Shown one piece after another: positions 54,351 through 63,911 of a DNA stretch of 64,000 nt. Under the pieces are notes generated by a model. That model saw only the letters and a program-made list of their open reading frames with translations, was not told where the DNA came from and did no database searches. A program made the translations under genes and the position numbers. The stretch comes from a virus: IMG/VR virus record IMGVR_UViG_3300024255_000001. One strand, given 5' to 3'. Every line of letters starts with the position of its first letter. The first letter of the stretch is position 1.

Positions 54351-56498
54351 TTATACTTCTGAGAAATCCCAAAAGAAAATATTACCTTCATCTGTTATGT
54401 TCATTGGATCAATTTCTATGATAAATGGGTACATAAATTCTGCCCATAAATCAGTTCCTTGATATTGTTCAATTCTTATAGTTGGTTTTATATGTGTAGT
54501 ACTAGTTGTCATACCACATACATAACCAGCCGTAGCTGGCAAAATTCCATAACCATTAACTCCAGACATATTAACATCTGGGTTAGATCCATTACCATGT
54601 TCAAAGTCACCAGCCCATTTACCCCAATAACTATTCTTCCAAGCTGTTCTCTCTGTAGAAGTCATCCAAGATGGTAAATAAAATCCACTTATTAACTTCC
54701 ATTCATTTCTATTACCCGATCCATCAGTTGCACTAAAATCTTGGTATGCATAATTATCTTCGTGTATAGATGTTAAATAGTTTTGTCCTTTAGTAATTGT
54801 AGAAGTTCCTATTCCGTAACTATCAATAGATGAACCGCCTGAACCCGTAATATCTCCTACTAAAGACATTCTATTAGGAGCTTGGTATACATCAGTTCCG
54901 TCATTTCTTCTTACCTTTGCCCAAACACCAGCCATGTATACTTTTTTATGGTTAACTGCAATTCCAGCACCTGCTCCACTTCCGGTTCCACCACCAATAA
55001 TAGTATCATAATAACCATTAACTGAGGCATTATAGATCTCATGAATCCAACCGTATGATTGTGTATCTGCCTGGTGAGTAGCTCCTCTAAACATAGTATT
55101 AAACCACTTAATAAAGTTATATCTTCCCTGTTGTCCATAATTCTCTGAATTACCATTTCTAGTTTGATAATTTATAGGCCTATAGAAGCCAGTTGTTGTA
55201 GACGTTGCTGTATTAGATGTTTGTAGAGAATATGAAACATTATTACCTGCTAAATTTCTATCACTATTCCAAAAAGCCGTAAACGAATCAGGATCTCCAA
55301 TTTCAAATGGACCTGGAGATTCACTTACATTTAATCCATTTACATGGAACTTATGTACGTTTGCATCTCTTTGTGTATCTGGTGAATTTCCAGCTTTAAA
55401 AACCTGTAGATTTTTAATATCTACTGTATCATATCCTTTTCCTGTTCCAGAACCACCGTATGCTGTTACTTCAATTACTAATTCACTAGCTAATGAAGTT
55501 TTTTCTAATGTAATTTCTTGTTTATACCAACCATCTGTAGCTTGGTGCCCAACCTGTCCAGCCTGATTATTAGTCGACTGCGATGCGGATATACCGGTAG
55601 CTAATGAAACTTGTTTTAAACTAACTAAAGCATAACCTGAATAATCTGCAGCACCTGCTCCAATTCTAGTTTCAAAGCTAGCTCTAACATGTTCACCAAC
55701 ATTTACACCATACTTATCTGCATTTTGCCATGGAATAGTTATATTTTGTGTATTTGTAACTCCGGCTGCTGCCATGTTTAAATATGACGAACCTGAACCT
55801 AAACCAGATGATAACTCTTGTCCATATCCAGCATGTCCTATTGTATTAGACGAATGTTCTATTACAGTAGAAGAATGTGCAGGTGCATGGTTTGTAAGTG
55901 GACCAGCTAGATTTTCACTTAAAAAACCAAGTTGGTTTACATTAGTTCCAATCGCAGCATACGTATGATTTGTTGCTGTTGTACTAGTACCTCTAGATTG
56001 TGTCCATCTCCAAGATCTACATTTTTGTTGCATTACAGTATAAAGTGATGAACTACTCTTTGTACCATTTAAACCGAATATTACATAAACCCATGAATTA
56101 TTATCACTATGTATAATATCAAGTTCGTCAGCTAATTCGTCAGCCGTTAATGCCTCACTAGCAGAATTTAATCTTATACCTGGAGATGTACTACCACCAT
56201 TATATGCCATAGTATCATTAAAGTACTTAAATTTAAGTAATGTAAATCCATCTTGACCTGAAGATGTATTTAATGTATAAGATAGGTAACCATTATTAGA
56301 AAATGCAGCTGTAGAGATTCTATTACTATTAAGATAGCCTGAGCCACTTTTGTTATTGGGTACCCAATTTACAACTGCAGCAGAGTTGGTAGAAGTTGAG
56401 GTTGCTCCCTCAACTTCCAACCATGTATCTGTGTAACTTCCTCCTACGGCCACTCTATCGTGTGATGCCGCTCTATATTTTGTTAGTTCAAAACTCAT
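54351..56498 (-). CDS. Putative virion structural/receptor-binding protein with beta-sandwich (CBM-like) domains
   Basis: 715 aa, G/S/T/N/Y/W rich; YMAGVWAKV...EWKLISGFYLP; between fibre genes. Confidence 0.5.
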   Translation of the reverse strand: MSFELTKYRAASHDRVAVGGSYTDTWLEVEGATSTSTNSAAVVNWVPNNKSGSGYLNSNRISTAAFSNNGYLSYTLNTSSGQDGFTLLKFKYFNDTMAYNGGSTSPGIRLNSASEALTADELADELDIIHSDNNSWVYVIFGLNGTKSSSSLYTVMQQKCRSWRWTQSRGTSTTATNHTYAAIGTNVNQLGFLSENLAGPLTNHAPAHSSTVIEHSSNTIGHAGYGQELSSGLGSGSSYLNMAAAGVTNTQNITIPWQNADKYGVNVGEHVRASFETRIGAGAADYSGYALVSLKQVSLATGISASQSTNNQAGQVGHQATDGWYKQEITLEKTSLASELVIEVTAYGGSGTGKGYDTVDIKNLQVFKAGNSPDTQRDANVHKFHVNGLNVSESPGPFEIGDPDSFTAFWNSDRNLAGNNVSYSLQTSNTATSTTTGFYRPINYQTRNGNSENYGQQGRYNFIKWFNTMFRGATHQADTQSYGWIHEIYNASVNGYYDTIIGGGTGSGAGAGIAVNHKKVYMAGVWAKVRRNDGTDVYQAPNRMSLVGDITGSGGSSIDSYGIGTSTITKGQNYLTSIHEDNYAYQDFSATDGSGNRNEWKLISGFYLPSWMTSTERTAWKNSYWGKWAGDFEHGNGSNPDVNMSGVNGYGILPATAGYVCGMTTSTTHIKPTIRIEQYQGTDLWAEFMYPFIIEIDPMNITDEGNIFFWDFSEV

Positions 56499-56518
56499 GT
56501 GTTATCCTTTACTGTTTA

Positions 56519-59380
56519 TTAAAATTCGAATCTTATTGTACTACCATCTGATGTTATTTCACCCCCGCTATTAAAGACGTATTTTGTAGTTACAATATGT
56601 CCGGTTGAAACAGTAAGAATACTTGTTGAATCATTAAATGTCATATTACTTTCTCCAGTAAACGGTGTGCCTGAATTACCTGTCATAGTAACAACTCGGT
56701 TATTCACGTTACCTCCTGAAATAGAAGTACTTGCTGGAGTACCTGATGTACCTGATGAACCAGAAGTTCCAGATGAACCAGAAGTTCCAGATGAACCAGA
56801 TGTTCCAGATGAACCTGAGCTACCTGAAGAACCAGATGAACCGCTTGTTCCAGAAGAACCAGATGAACCGCTTGTTCCAGATGAACCAGATGAACCTGAC
56901 GTTCCAGATGAACCAGATGAACCACTTGTTCCAGATGAACCACTTGAACCAGATGAACCTGAAGTTCCAGAAGAACCAGATGAACCTGAAGTTCCAGAAG
57001 AACCTGAGCTACCTGAAGTACCGTTTAAATCATGTACTGGATTCCAGTTACTACCATCCCATTGTAAAACTTGTCCATTAGCAGTATAACCTAATTGTCC
57101 AACAAATTCACCATTACCTAGGTCTTCAACATCAGTTCCTGATTTAGCACCTGTATAACCAGATGAACCAGAAGAACCAGATGAACCAGAAGAACCAGAT
57201 GAACCTGAAGTTCCAGATGAACCGCTTGTTCCAGATGAACCAGATGAACCGCTTGTTCCAGAAGAACCACTTGAACCAGATGAACCTGAAGTTCCAGAAG
57301 AACCAGATGAACCTGAAGTTCCAGAAGAACCAGATGAACCTGAAGTTCCAGAAGAACCAGATGAACCTGAAGTTCCAGAAGAACCACTTGAACCAGATGA
57401 ACCTGAAGTTCCAGAAGAACCAGATGAACCGCTTGTTCCAGAAGAACCAGATGAACCGCTTGTTCCAGAAGAACCAGATGAGCCGCTTGTTCCAGAAGCA
57501 CCAGTATCACCTTTATCACCAGTTGCAACTAATGAAATTACAATATCATCTCCGTTTGTAAATGGAGCTGGGCTTGATGAACCTACATTTGATAAATCAG
57601 TTAATGTCCACCATGCACCATTATCTGTTAAATTACCGATTGCAAATAATAAGTATTCGTCGGTATTGAATTTTTTAGATATTCTAATGTGTGCCTTAAT
57701 ACCAGATGTTACTGCATCTAAAGCTGTAAAGAATGACTCCACACTACCATTATCATCGTCAGTTTGTGATATGTAAATATTACCTGCACTTGTTTGTGTT
57801 GTAAAGTTATCTAATCTTAGTCTACCATCAGCAGGTTGAGATGCGCCTACAGCAGATGCAAATGTATAATCAAATGATGCACCACCAAAGTTACCGTCTT
57901 GTCCTGATGTACCTGAAGAACCAGATGTACCTGAAGAACCTGAAGAACCGCTTGTTCCAGATGAACCAGATGAGCCGCTTGTTCCAGATGAACCTGATGA
58001 ACCACTTGTTCCAGATGAACCTGAAGTTCCAGATGAACCTGAAGAACCGCTTGTTCCAGATGAACCTGAAGTTCCAGATGAACCCGAAGAACCGCTTGTT
58101 CCAGATGAACCTGAAGAACCTGAAGTTCCAGAAGAACCACTTGTTCCAGATGAACCTGAAGAACCGCTTGTTCCAGATGAACCTGAAGAACCTGAAGTTC
58201 CAGAAGAACCACTTGAACCAGAAGTACCATTTAAGTCACCTACTGGATTCCATGTTACTCCATCCCATTCATATATGATACCATCTGCCGTATAACCTAA
58301 TTGGCCGACAAACTCACCACTACCTAATCCTTCAATATTTTCTGCTGATTTAGCACCTGAGTAACCAGATGAACCTGAAGAACCTGAAGTTCCAGAAGAA
58401 CCACTTGAACCAGATGAACCTGAAGTTCCAGAAGAACCAGATGAACCGCTTGTTCCAGAAGAACCAGATGAACCGCTTGTTCCAGAAGAACCGCTTGAAC
58501 CTGAAGAACCTGAAGTTCCAGAAGAACCTGAAGAACCACTTGTTCCAGATGAACCTGAAGAACCGCTTGTTCCAGATGAACCTGAAGAACCTGAAGTTCC
58601 TGAAGAACCGCTTGAACCACTTGAACCTGAAGTTCCTGAAGAACCACTTGAACCAGATGATCCGTTTAAATCGTTTAATGTAACCCATGTTGCTCCATCC
58701 CATTGGTGTACCAGACCGTCAGCAGTATAACCTAATTGACCTACAAACTCACCATCACCTAATCCTGCAACTTCTGTTGCTGATTTAGCACCTGAGTAAC
58801 CAGATGAACCTGAGCTACCAGATGAGCCTGCTGAACCTGAAGTTCCTGAAGAGCCTGAAGTTCCTGAAGAGCCAGAAGTTCCTGAGCTACCTGAAGAGCC
58901 AGAAGTTCCTGAGCTACCTGAAGAGCCAGAAGTACCATCAATACCCGATGAACCGCTTGAGCCTGAAGTCCCATCAATACCTGATGAACCACTTGAGCCT
59001 GAAGTCCCATCAATACCTGATGAACCACTTGAGCCTGAAGTCCCATCAATACCTGATGAACCACTTGAACCTGAAGTCCCATCAATACCTGATGAACCGC
59101 TTGAACCTGATGTTCCACTTGAACCTGATGTTCCTGAAGAGCCTGATGAACCAGAAGTTCCTGAGCTACCTGAAGAGCCAGAAGTACCATCAATACCTGA
59201 TGAACCACTTGAGCCTGAGGTTCCTGATGAACCACTTGAGCCTGAAGTACCAGATGAACCATCTAATGGTGCAGCTTGGTTTTCCCATTTGCCCGTAACG
59301 TTGTTGTATGCTAAATAATCACCGTTTTGAGGATTATTTAACAAAAATTCTTGTATTTGTTTTAATCTTAGTCTAGACAT
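56519..59380 (-). CDS. (Gly-Ser-Ser/Gly-Thr-Ser)n fibre with three repeated knob domains
   Basis: Long GSSGTS runs; GEFVGQLGYTA(D/N)G...WDG..W knob x3; late promoter 59411-59419. Confidence 0.85.
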   Translation of the reverse strand: MSRLRLKQIQEFLLNNPQNGDYLAYNNVTGKWENQAAPLDGSSGTSGSSGSSGTSGSSGSSGIDGTSGSSGSSGTSGSSGSSGTSGSSGTSGSSGSSGIDGTSGSSGSSGIDGTSGSSGSSGIDGTSGSSGSSGIDGTSGSSGSSGIDGTSGSSGSSGTSGSSGSSGTSGSSGTSGSSGTSGSAGSSGSSGSSGYSGAKSATEVAGLGDGEFVGQLGYTADGLVHQWDGATWVTLNDLNGSSGSSGSSGTSGSSGSSGSSGTSGSSGSSGTSGSSGSSGTSGSSGSSGTSGSSGSSGSSGTSGSSGSSGTSGSSGSSGTSGSSGSSGSSGTSGSSGSSGYSGAKSAENIEGLGSGEFVGQLGYTADGIIYEWDGVTWNPVGDLNGTSGSSGSSGTSGSSGSSGTSGSSGSSGTSGSSGTSGSSGSSGTSGSSGSSGTSGSSGTSGSSGSSGTSGSSGTSGSSGSSGTSGSSGSSGTSGSSGSSGTSGSSGTSGQDGNFGGASFDYTFASAVGASQPADGRLRLDNFTTQTSAGNIYISQTDDDNGSVESFFTALDAVTSGIKAHIRISKKFNTDEYLLFAIGNLTDNGAWWTLTDLSNVGSSSPAPFTNGDDIVISLVATGDKGDTGASGTSGSSGSSGTSGSSGSSGTSGSSGSSGTSGSSGSSGSSGTSGSSGSSGTSGSSGSSGTSGSSGSSGTSGSSGSSGSSGTSGSSGSSGTSGSSGTSGSSGSSGSSGSSGSSGYTGAKSGTDVEDLGNGEFVGQLGYTANGQVLQWDGSNWNPVHDLNGTSGSSGSSGTSGSSGSSGTSGSSGSSGSSGTSGSSGSSGTSGSSGSSGTSGSSGSSGTSGSSGSSGSSGSSGTSGSSGTSGSSGTSGSSGTSGTPASTSISGGNVNNRVVTMTGNSGTPFTGESNMTFNDSTSILTVSTGHIVTTKYVFNSGGEITSDGSTIRFEF

Positions 59381-59466
59381 GTAATACCTTTGTATTTTTA
59401 GCGCGTTATATTATATATCCGTAGATATTTACGTCGTGGTAAAATATCTAGCTAGATTTTATATAT

Positions 59467-60255
59467 TTACAGATCCCAAATTCCGTGATAATGACACCTA
59501 ACATAAAAACCATCATTTATTAACATTCCATGCCCTTCTTTTCTAATACTTCTTGCAAAAAGAGTGTCTTCAGAAATACCGCCTGCTTTAGGATCTGATA
59601 TATGGTCTTTCCATTTAGAATTACAATCTGATACATGAACTGTTGCCCATGTTGTTGATTGTACATTTTTAGTAGGTTCATCCATAGAATACTTTTGCCA
59701 TTTACCCTTTAGACCTTTTATTTTAAACGGATCTGTTTTAGGTGCGAATAATTGACTAGGTTTATTTTCAATCCATTTTGACATAGCTTCATTTTCAATC
59801 CAATGTGTCATTGCTCCCCATTTAAAATCTTTACCTGGATTATTTTTTACATTAGCATTCCAAAAACCTCTAATTATTTGTGCTGCGTTTGGCATTAAGA
59901 AGTCATCCGAGTCTATATAAGCAGTAAGATACCCTTCCGCTAACGCGCGTGCGGCTTGTCTAGGCACACCTCTATAATATTGGTTGTTACTACCATCTTC
60001 AGACTTTTCGTACATCTTAGGTGTGTTCTTGTCTACGAAAACATACTCTATATTTGGTTCTTTTTTAAAATGTTTAAAATATAATTTTTCAGTAATTTTA
60101 CAACCATCAGAAGCAATTACTAATTGAATTCTTTCATCTTTCATTGCTAAAAAAGATTTAACCGCTCTAATAAACTTTTTATCTGAATCAGATCTACTAC
60201 CTTCATACTCACCAAGGTAAGATTGCATAATCCAAGTTATATCATATTTCCACAT
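59467..60255 (-). CDS. GT2/GT-A-like glycosyltransferase
   Basis: LVIASDGC, GVPRQ, AYIDSDDFL, SEDTLF. Confidence 0.7.
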   Translation of the reverse strand: MWKYDITWIMQSYLGEYEGSRSDSDKKFIRAVKSFLAMKDERIQLVIASDGCKITEKLYFKHFKKEPNIEYVFVDKNTPKMYEKSEDGSNNQYYRGVPRQAARALAEGYLTAYIDSDDFLMPNAAQIIRGFWNANVKNNPGKDFKWGAMTHWIENEAMSKWIENKPSQLFAPKTDPFKIKGLKGKWQKYSMDEPTKNVQSTTWATVHVSDCNSKWKDHISDPKAGGISEDTLFARSIRKEGHGMLINDGFYVRCHYHGIWDL

Positions 60256-60257
60256 AG

Positions 60258-60947
60258 TTATAGTTCTTTTATATGTTTTACATATCCATCCTCATCATCC
60301 TGTGATAATGAAACAACCATATAACCTAATTTTTTATATACTAGGTCAATAACATACATATTTTTTAATAATGCAAAGCTTCTTCTAATAGGTTCTATTT
60401 CCCAATCAGACTTTCTTCTTAAGCCAGGATTCCAACTAAAACCCATATAATTATCTACTAATTGATTTTCTTTAATTTTAAAACTAACTGGAAGAACTCT
60501 TCTAACAGTTACGCCCCCTGGTAAAGTAAACTTTCTTTTTTCAATTGGATTGGATATTTTATCTGATTTTGGTCTAATCCAAACCTGTAGAACTTTAGGT
60601 TGGCTTTCTAATACCTTTAGCGAATCCTCAATAAATCCACCTTTATAGAATTCCCAATCATGTTCACAGTGGAATATGTAATCGGTTTGTACATTTGCAT
60701 ACATTTTATCAATGGAAGCGGTTAGACCTATATTATTACTATTAAAAATAAGTTTAAATCGCTTATTCCATTTATTGTTATTTAAACTAACAATTTTATT
60801 CCATACAGTAGTATCACCTGAGTCTTCTATAATAAACCATTCTTTGATCGGGTAATCATTAAACTTAAGAAAACTATCTATAGTTTTTTCTAATTCATCT
60901 ATCTTACCGTAGCTAGTTAAACAAAATGTTACTTCTTTATGTTCCAT
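60258..60947 (-). CDS. GT2/GT-A-like glycosyltransferase
   Basis: CLTSYG, IIEDSG, NIGLTASID, FHCEHDWEF, FSWNPGLRR. Confidence 0.75.
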   Translation of the reverse strand: MEHKEVTFCLTSYGKIDELEKTIDSFLKFNDYPIKEWFIIEDSGDTTVWNKIVSLNNNKWNKRFKLIFNSNNIGLTASIDKMYANVQTDYIFHCEHDWEFYKGGFIEDSLKVLESQPKVLQVWIRPKSDKISNPIEKRKFTLPGGVTVRRVLPVSFKIKENQLVDNYMGFSWNPGLRRKSDWEIEPIRRSFALLKNMYVIDLVYKKLGYMVVSLSQDDEDGYVKHIKEL

Positions 60948-62170
60948 TACTTATATAAATTAGTTTTCCAATCATAATCGTATGTTAAACCGGACTCTCT
61001 TTTACCGGACATAAGATCTTTAATTAATTTTTTGTAAGTATCAACTAAGCCTTCATTAAATACTGTGTATCTCTCTAAGACATCTTCTGATCTATCATTA
61101 TATTCCTCTAGATTATCATCATGTGTTTCAATAATCTTTTTTAATTGTTCAGCGCCTTTATGTATTTCAAATTCCGGGTAATAGTAACCAGCATCTTGAA
61201 TCATATCAGCATTGTGAATTAAAGGGTATCTTAAATATAATGTATCTAAATAAGCATAGTTAAGTGGGTTGTGCCATTGATGTGATACAACAATATCTGC
61301 TAATTTAGAAAGTGTAGATATGACTGGTAATCTACCATGTGTTTTAATATTTGTATCTCCAGGGACTGCTAAATCTAAAGTAGTTATGATACTTTTCCAA
61401 TATGAATTAGTTATTAAAGATGTACTACTCATTAAATTTAATTGGCCCACTTTATTACCCTCTCGTTTCCATAATTCGACAATTAAAATCGGTAATATAT
61501 TAAACTTAACTACATTTAAGTTGGGTTCCATGACACAAAATTTTAAAGTGTCTTTAGGTTTTCCAGGAATATAAACAGGAAAGCCAATGTTTGGATTTTC
61601 AGCCATGGCTTTATCCCATTTATCTAATTCTTCATCTAAGAAACATGGATCCCAAATAAATGGAACTGGAATAACTTTTTCTAAAGGTAAATTATATAAG
61701 GCAGCATAATAGCCTTTATTTTGGTGACCTTGTTGAGGTACATACCAACATTCGTCTATGCAATCTCTTTGGTAAGCAGCCTCGCCCATTTCCCTAGGAT
61801 TTTTCTTTGGGAAGATAGACCTTTCCATATCTATTACATAGTTATTACCACAATGATATTTAATTACCCTTCTTTTAGGTTTAAACTTTTTCCAAGCTTT
61901 AATTAATTTTACATTAAAAGAAGTACCCAACATAATTAACATATCTATATGTTGAGATGCGTCCGAGTATTTTTCTGTAGGGAATTCTTTTAAATCCCAC
62001 CTTACATTTTCTTGAGTTATATCTTTAACAGAACTACCAGTATCTAATATAGTAACTTTATGACCGGTTTTTTGTAGAGCTTTACTTAAGAAGAGTGCAT
62101 TTAATTTAATACCATTTATCCAAAGACTTTCCTTCTCTGATTGCAGGCTTATAGTAATTCCAATATGCAT
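60947..62170 (-). CDS. DUF2827-like GT-B glycosyltransferase
   Basis: IGITI...LWINGIKLN, CGNNY, EPNLNVVK, VSHQWHNPLNY, YPLIHN, GYYYP. Confidence 0.7.
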   Translation of the reverse strand: MHIGITISLQSEKESLWINGIKLNALFLSKALQKTGHKVTILDTGSSVKDITQENVRWDLKEFPTEKYSDASQHIDMLIMLGTSFNVKLIKAWKKFKPKRRVIKYHCGNNYVIDMERSIFPKKNPREMGEAAYQRDCIDECWYVPQQGHQNKGYYAALYNLPLEKVIPVPFIWDPCFLDEELDKWDKAMAENPNIGFPVYIPGKPKDTLKFCVMEPNLNVVKFNILPILIVELWKREGNKVGQLNLMSSTSLITNSYWKSIITTLDLAVPGDTNIKTHGRLPVISTLSKLADIVVSHQWHNPLNYAYLDTLYLRYPLIHNADMIQDAGYYYPEFEIHKGAEQLKKIIETHDDNLEEYNDRSEDVLERYTVFNEGLVDTYKKLIKDLMSGKRESGLTYDYDWKTNLYK

Positions 62171-62210
62171 AAAAATAAATTTGATTTAGCTACTGTTTAT
62201 ATATCTAAAT

Positions 62211-62238
62211 AAAAAAAGGGCCCCAATTGGGGCCCTTT
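62211..62238 (-). terminator. Rho-independent terminator followed by a late promoter (62197-62205)
   Basis: Perfect palindrome AAAGGGCCCCAATTGGGGCCCTTT plus U-tract. Confidence 0.85.
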
Positions 62239-62267
62239 CAGTTTTCTAATAAATTAGAACTTTCAGA

Positions 62268-63722
62268 TTATCCTCTGATACCAATCACTGTTACGTGGTC
62301 AGTAACGTCAATGTCATATCCAATAGATACTAAATTAAACGTTGCACCGTCTGCAGTTGTGTAACCATCAGTTCCACCTTCGGACGAACTATCCTTGTGG
62401 ATGTTATGTCCGTTAATGAATACTAATAAGTCATCGTTAGAACCGAATTTAACCGGAGTGTTTAACGTAAACTGAGTAGGACCAGCTACTGTTGCACCTT
62501 GCTCAAATACTAAGTCATATAATTCTAATGAATCGATAGAAGCATTAATAGCATTAACTTCATTACCAGTAGCGGTAATTTCATCACCTAATGCAGTTTC
62601 TAATGAATCGATAGAAGCGATAGCTGCATCTTCAGCCGTTTCTAATGAATCGATAGAAGCATTTACTTCAGTTGCAACTGCTGCTGCACCTGCTAAAGTT
62701 TCTAATGAATCGATAGAAGCGATAGCACTGTCTTCAAACGTTTCTAATGAATCGATAGAAGCATCTACTACAGTTTTAACCGCTGCTGCGCCTGCTAAAG
62801 TTTCTAATGAATCGATAGAAGCGATAGCTGCATCTTCAAACGTTTCTAATGAATCAATAGAAGCATCTACTACAGTTTTAACCGCTGCTGCACCTGCTAA
62901 AGTTTCTAATGAATCGATAGAAGCGATAGCTGCATCTTCAGCTATTTCTAATGAATCGATAGAAGCACCAGAACCACCAGTTAATCCAGATACTACAATC
63001 TCTAATGAATCGATAGAAGCACCAGTAGCTGAAGTTAAGTCAGAAACTAAACCATCATTTAATGTGTCAACTGATTCAACGAATGATACGATTTCAGCAA
63101 ATGTATCTAGATCTAATGAAGAACCAGATAACATATTAGAAATCGCTGTTTCGTTAGCACCTGCTAAAGTTTCTAATGAATCGATAGAAGCGATAGCTGC
63201 ATCTTCAGCCGTTTCTAATGAATCGATAGAAGCGTTTACTACCGTCGCAACTGCTGCTGCACCCGCTAAAGTTTCTAATGAATCGATAGAAGCATCTACT
63301 ACAGTTTTAACCGCTGCTGCGCCTGCTAAAGTTTCTAATGAATCGATAGAAGCGATAGCTGCATCTTCAAACGTTTCTAATGAATCAATAGAAGCATTTA
63401 CTTCAGTTGCAACTGCTGCTGCACCTGCTAAAGTTTCTAATGAATCGATAGAAGCATCTACTACAGTTTTAACCGCTGCCGCACCTGCTAAAGTTTCTAA
63501 TGAATCGATAGAAGCATTTACTTCAGTTGCAACTGCTGCTGCACCTGCTAAAGTTTCTAATGAATCGATAGAAGCGATAGCTGCATCTTCAGCTATTTCT
63601 AATGAATCAACAGAAGCTTCGACTGCATCAATTAGAGCTGCATTCTGATCTGTATCATTATCAATTAATGATTGAACTGCGCTTGTAAAGTCACTAATTT
63701 GTTTTGTCTTTAATCTTGCCAT
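62268..63722 (-). CDS. Coiled-coil fibre protein with 19 (S)IDSLE repeats
   Basis: 14- and 20-aa repeat units; LDTFAEI knob; C-terminal LVFING...GYDID domain. Confidence 0.85.
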   Translation of the reverse strand: MARLKTKQISDFTSAVQSLIDNDTDQNAALIDAVEASVDSLEIAEDAAIASIDSLETLAGAAAVATEVNASIDSLETLAGAAAVKTVVDASIDSLETLAGAAAVATEVNASIDSLETFEDAAIASIDSLETLAGAAAVKTVVDASIDSLETLAGAAAVATVVNASIDSLETAEDAAIASIDSLETLAGANETAISNMLSGSSLDLDTFAEIVSFVESVDTLNDGLVSDLTSATGASIDSLEIVVSGLTGGSGASIDSLEIAEDAAIASIDSLETLAGAAAVKTVVDASIDSLETFEDAAIASIDSLETLAGAAAVKTVVDASIDSLETFEDSAIASIDSLETLAGAAAVATEVNASIDSLETAEDAAIASIDSLETALGDEITATGNEVNAINASIDSLELYDLVFEQGATVAGPTQFTLNTPVKFGSNDDLLVFINGHNIHKDSSSEGGTDGYTTADGATFNLVSIGYDIDVTDHVTVIGIRG

Positions 63723-63842
63723 GTTTATTGTTGTTTATATTTAGGCCTAAAGCACGTTAGTGTGCTTTCAATATTATTTATCTACGTTGGAAAATATTTT
63801 AGCAGTATAACGCTAAATATTTAGTTTTATTTTTAACTAAAT

Positions 63843-63887
63843 AAAAAAGCCGCATAAGCGGCTTTTAAAGCCACATAAGCGGCTTTT
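63843..63887 (-). terminator. Tandem double hairpin terminator
   Basis: AAAGCCGC-ATAA-GCGGCTTT repeated twice (second with one G-U change). Confidence 0.75.
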
Positions 63888-63911
63888 AGTCTATTAAAAT
63901 TAATATTAAGT

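Noticed and set aside
50222-59298. Many alternative-frame and plus-strand ORFs (VLKV..., WTLWT..., MNLKFQ..., FRFIW...)
   Set aside because: Shadows of the low-complexity collagen and GSS codon repeats; no independent promoters
59422-59450. TAGATATTT...AAATATCTA inverted repeat as a terminator
   Set aside because: AT-rich stem with no U-tract; too weak to call
62520-63610. Repeated tctaatgaatcgatagaagc units resembling a CRISPR array
   Set aside because: Intervening sequences are themselves repeated, all units are multiples of 3 and encode the IDSLE protein repeat; no cas genes in the window
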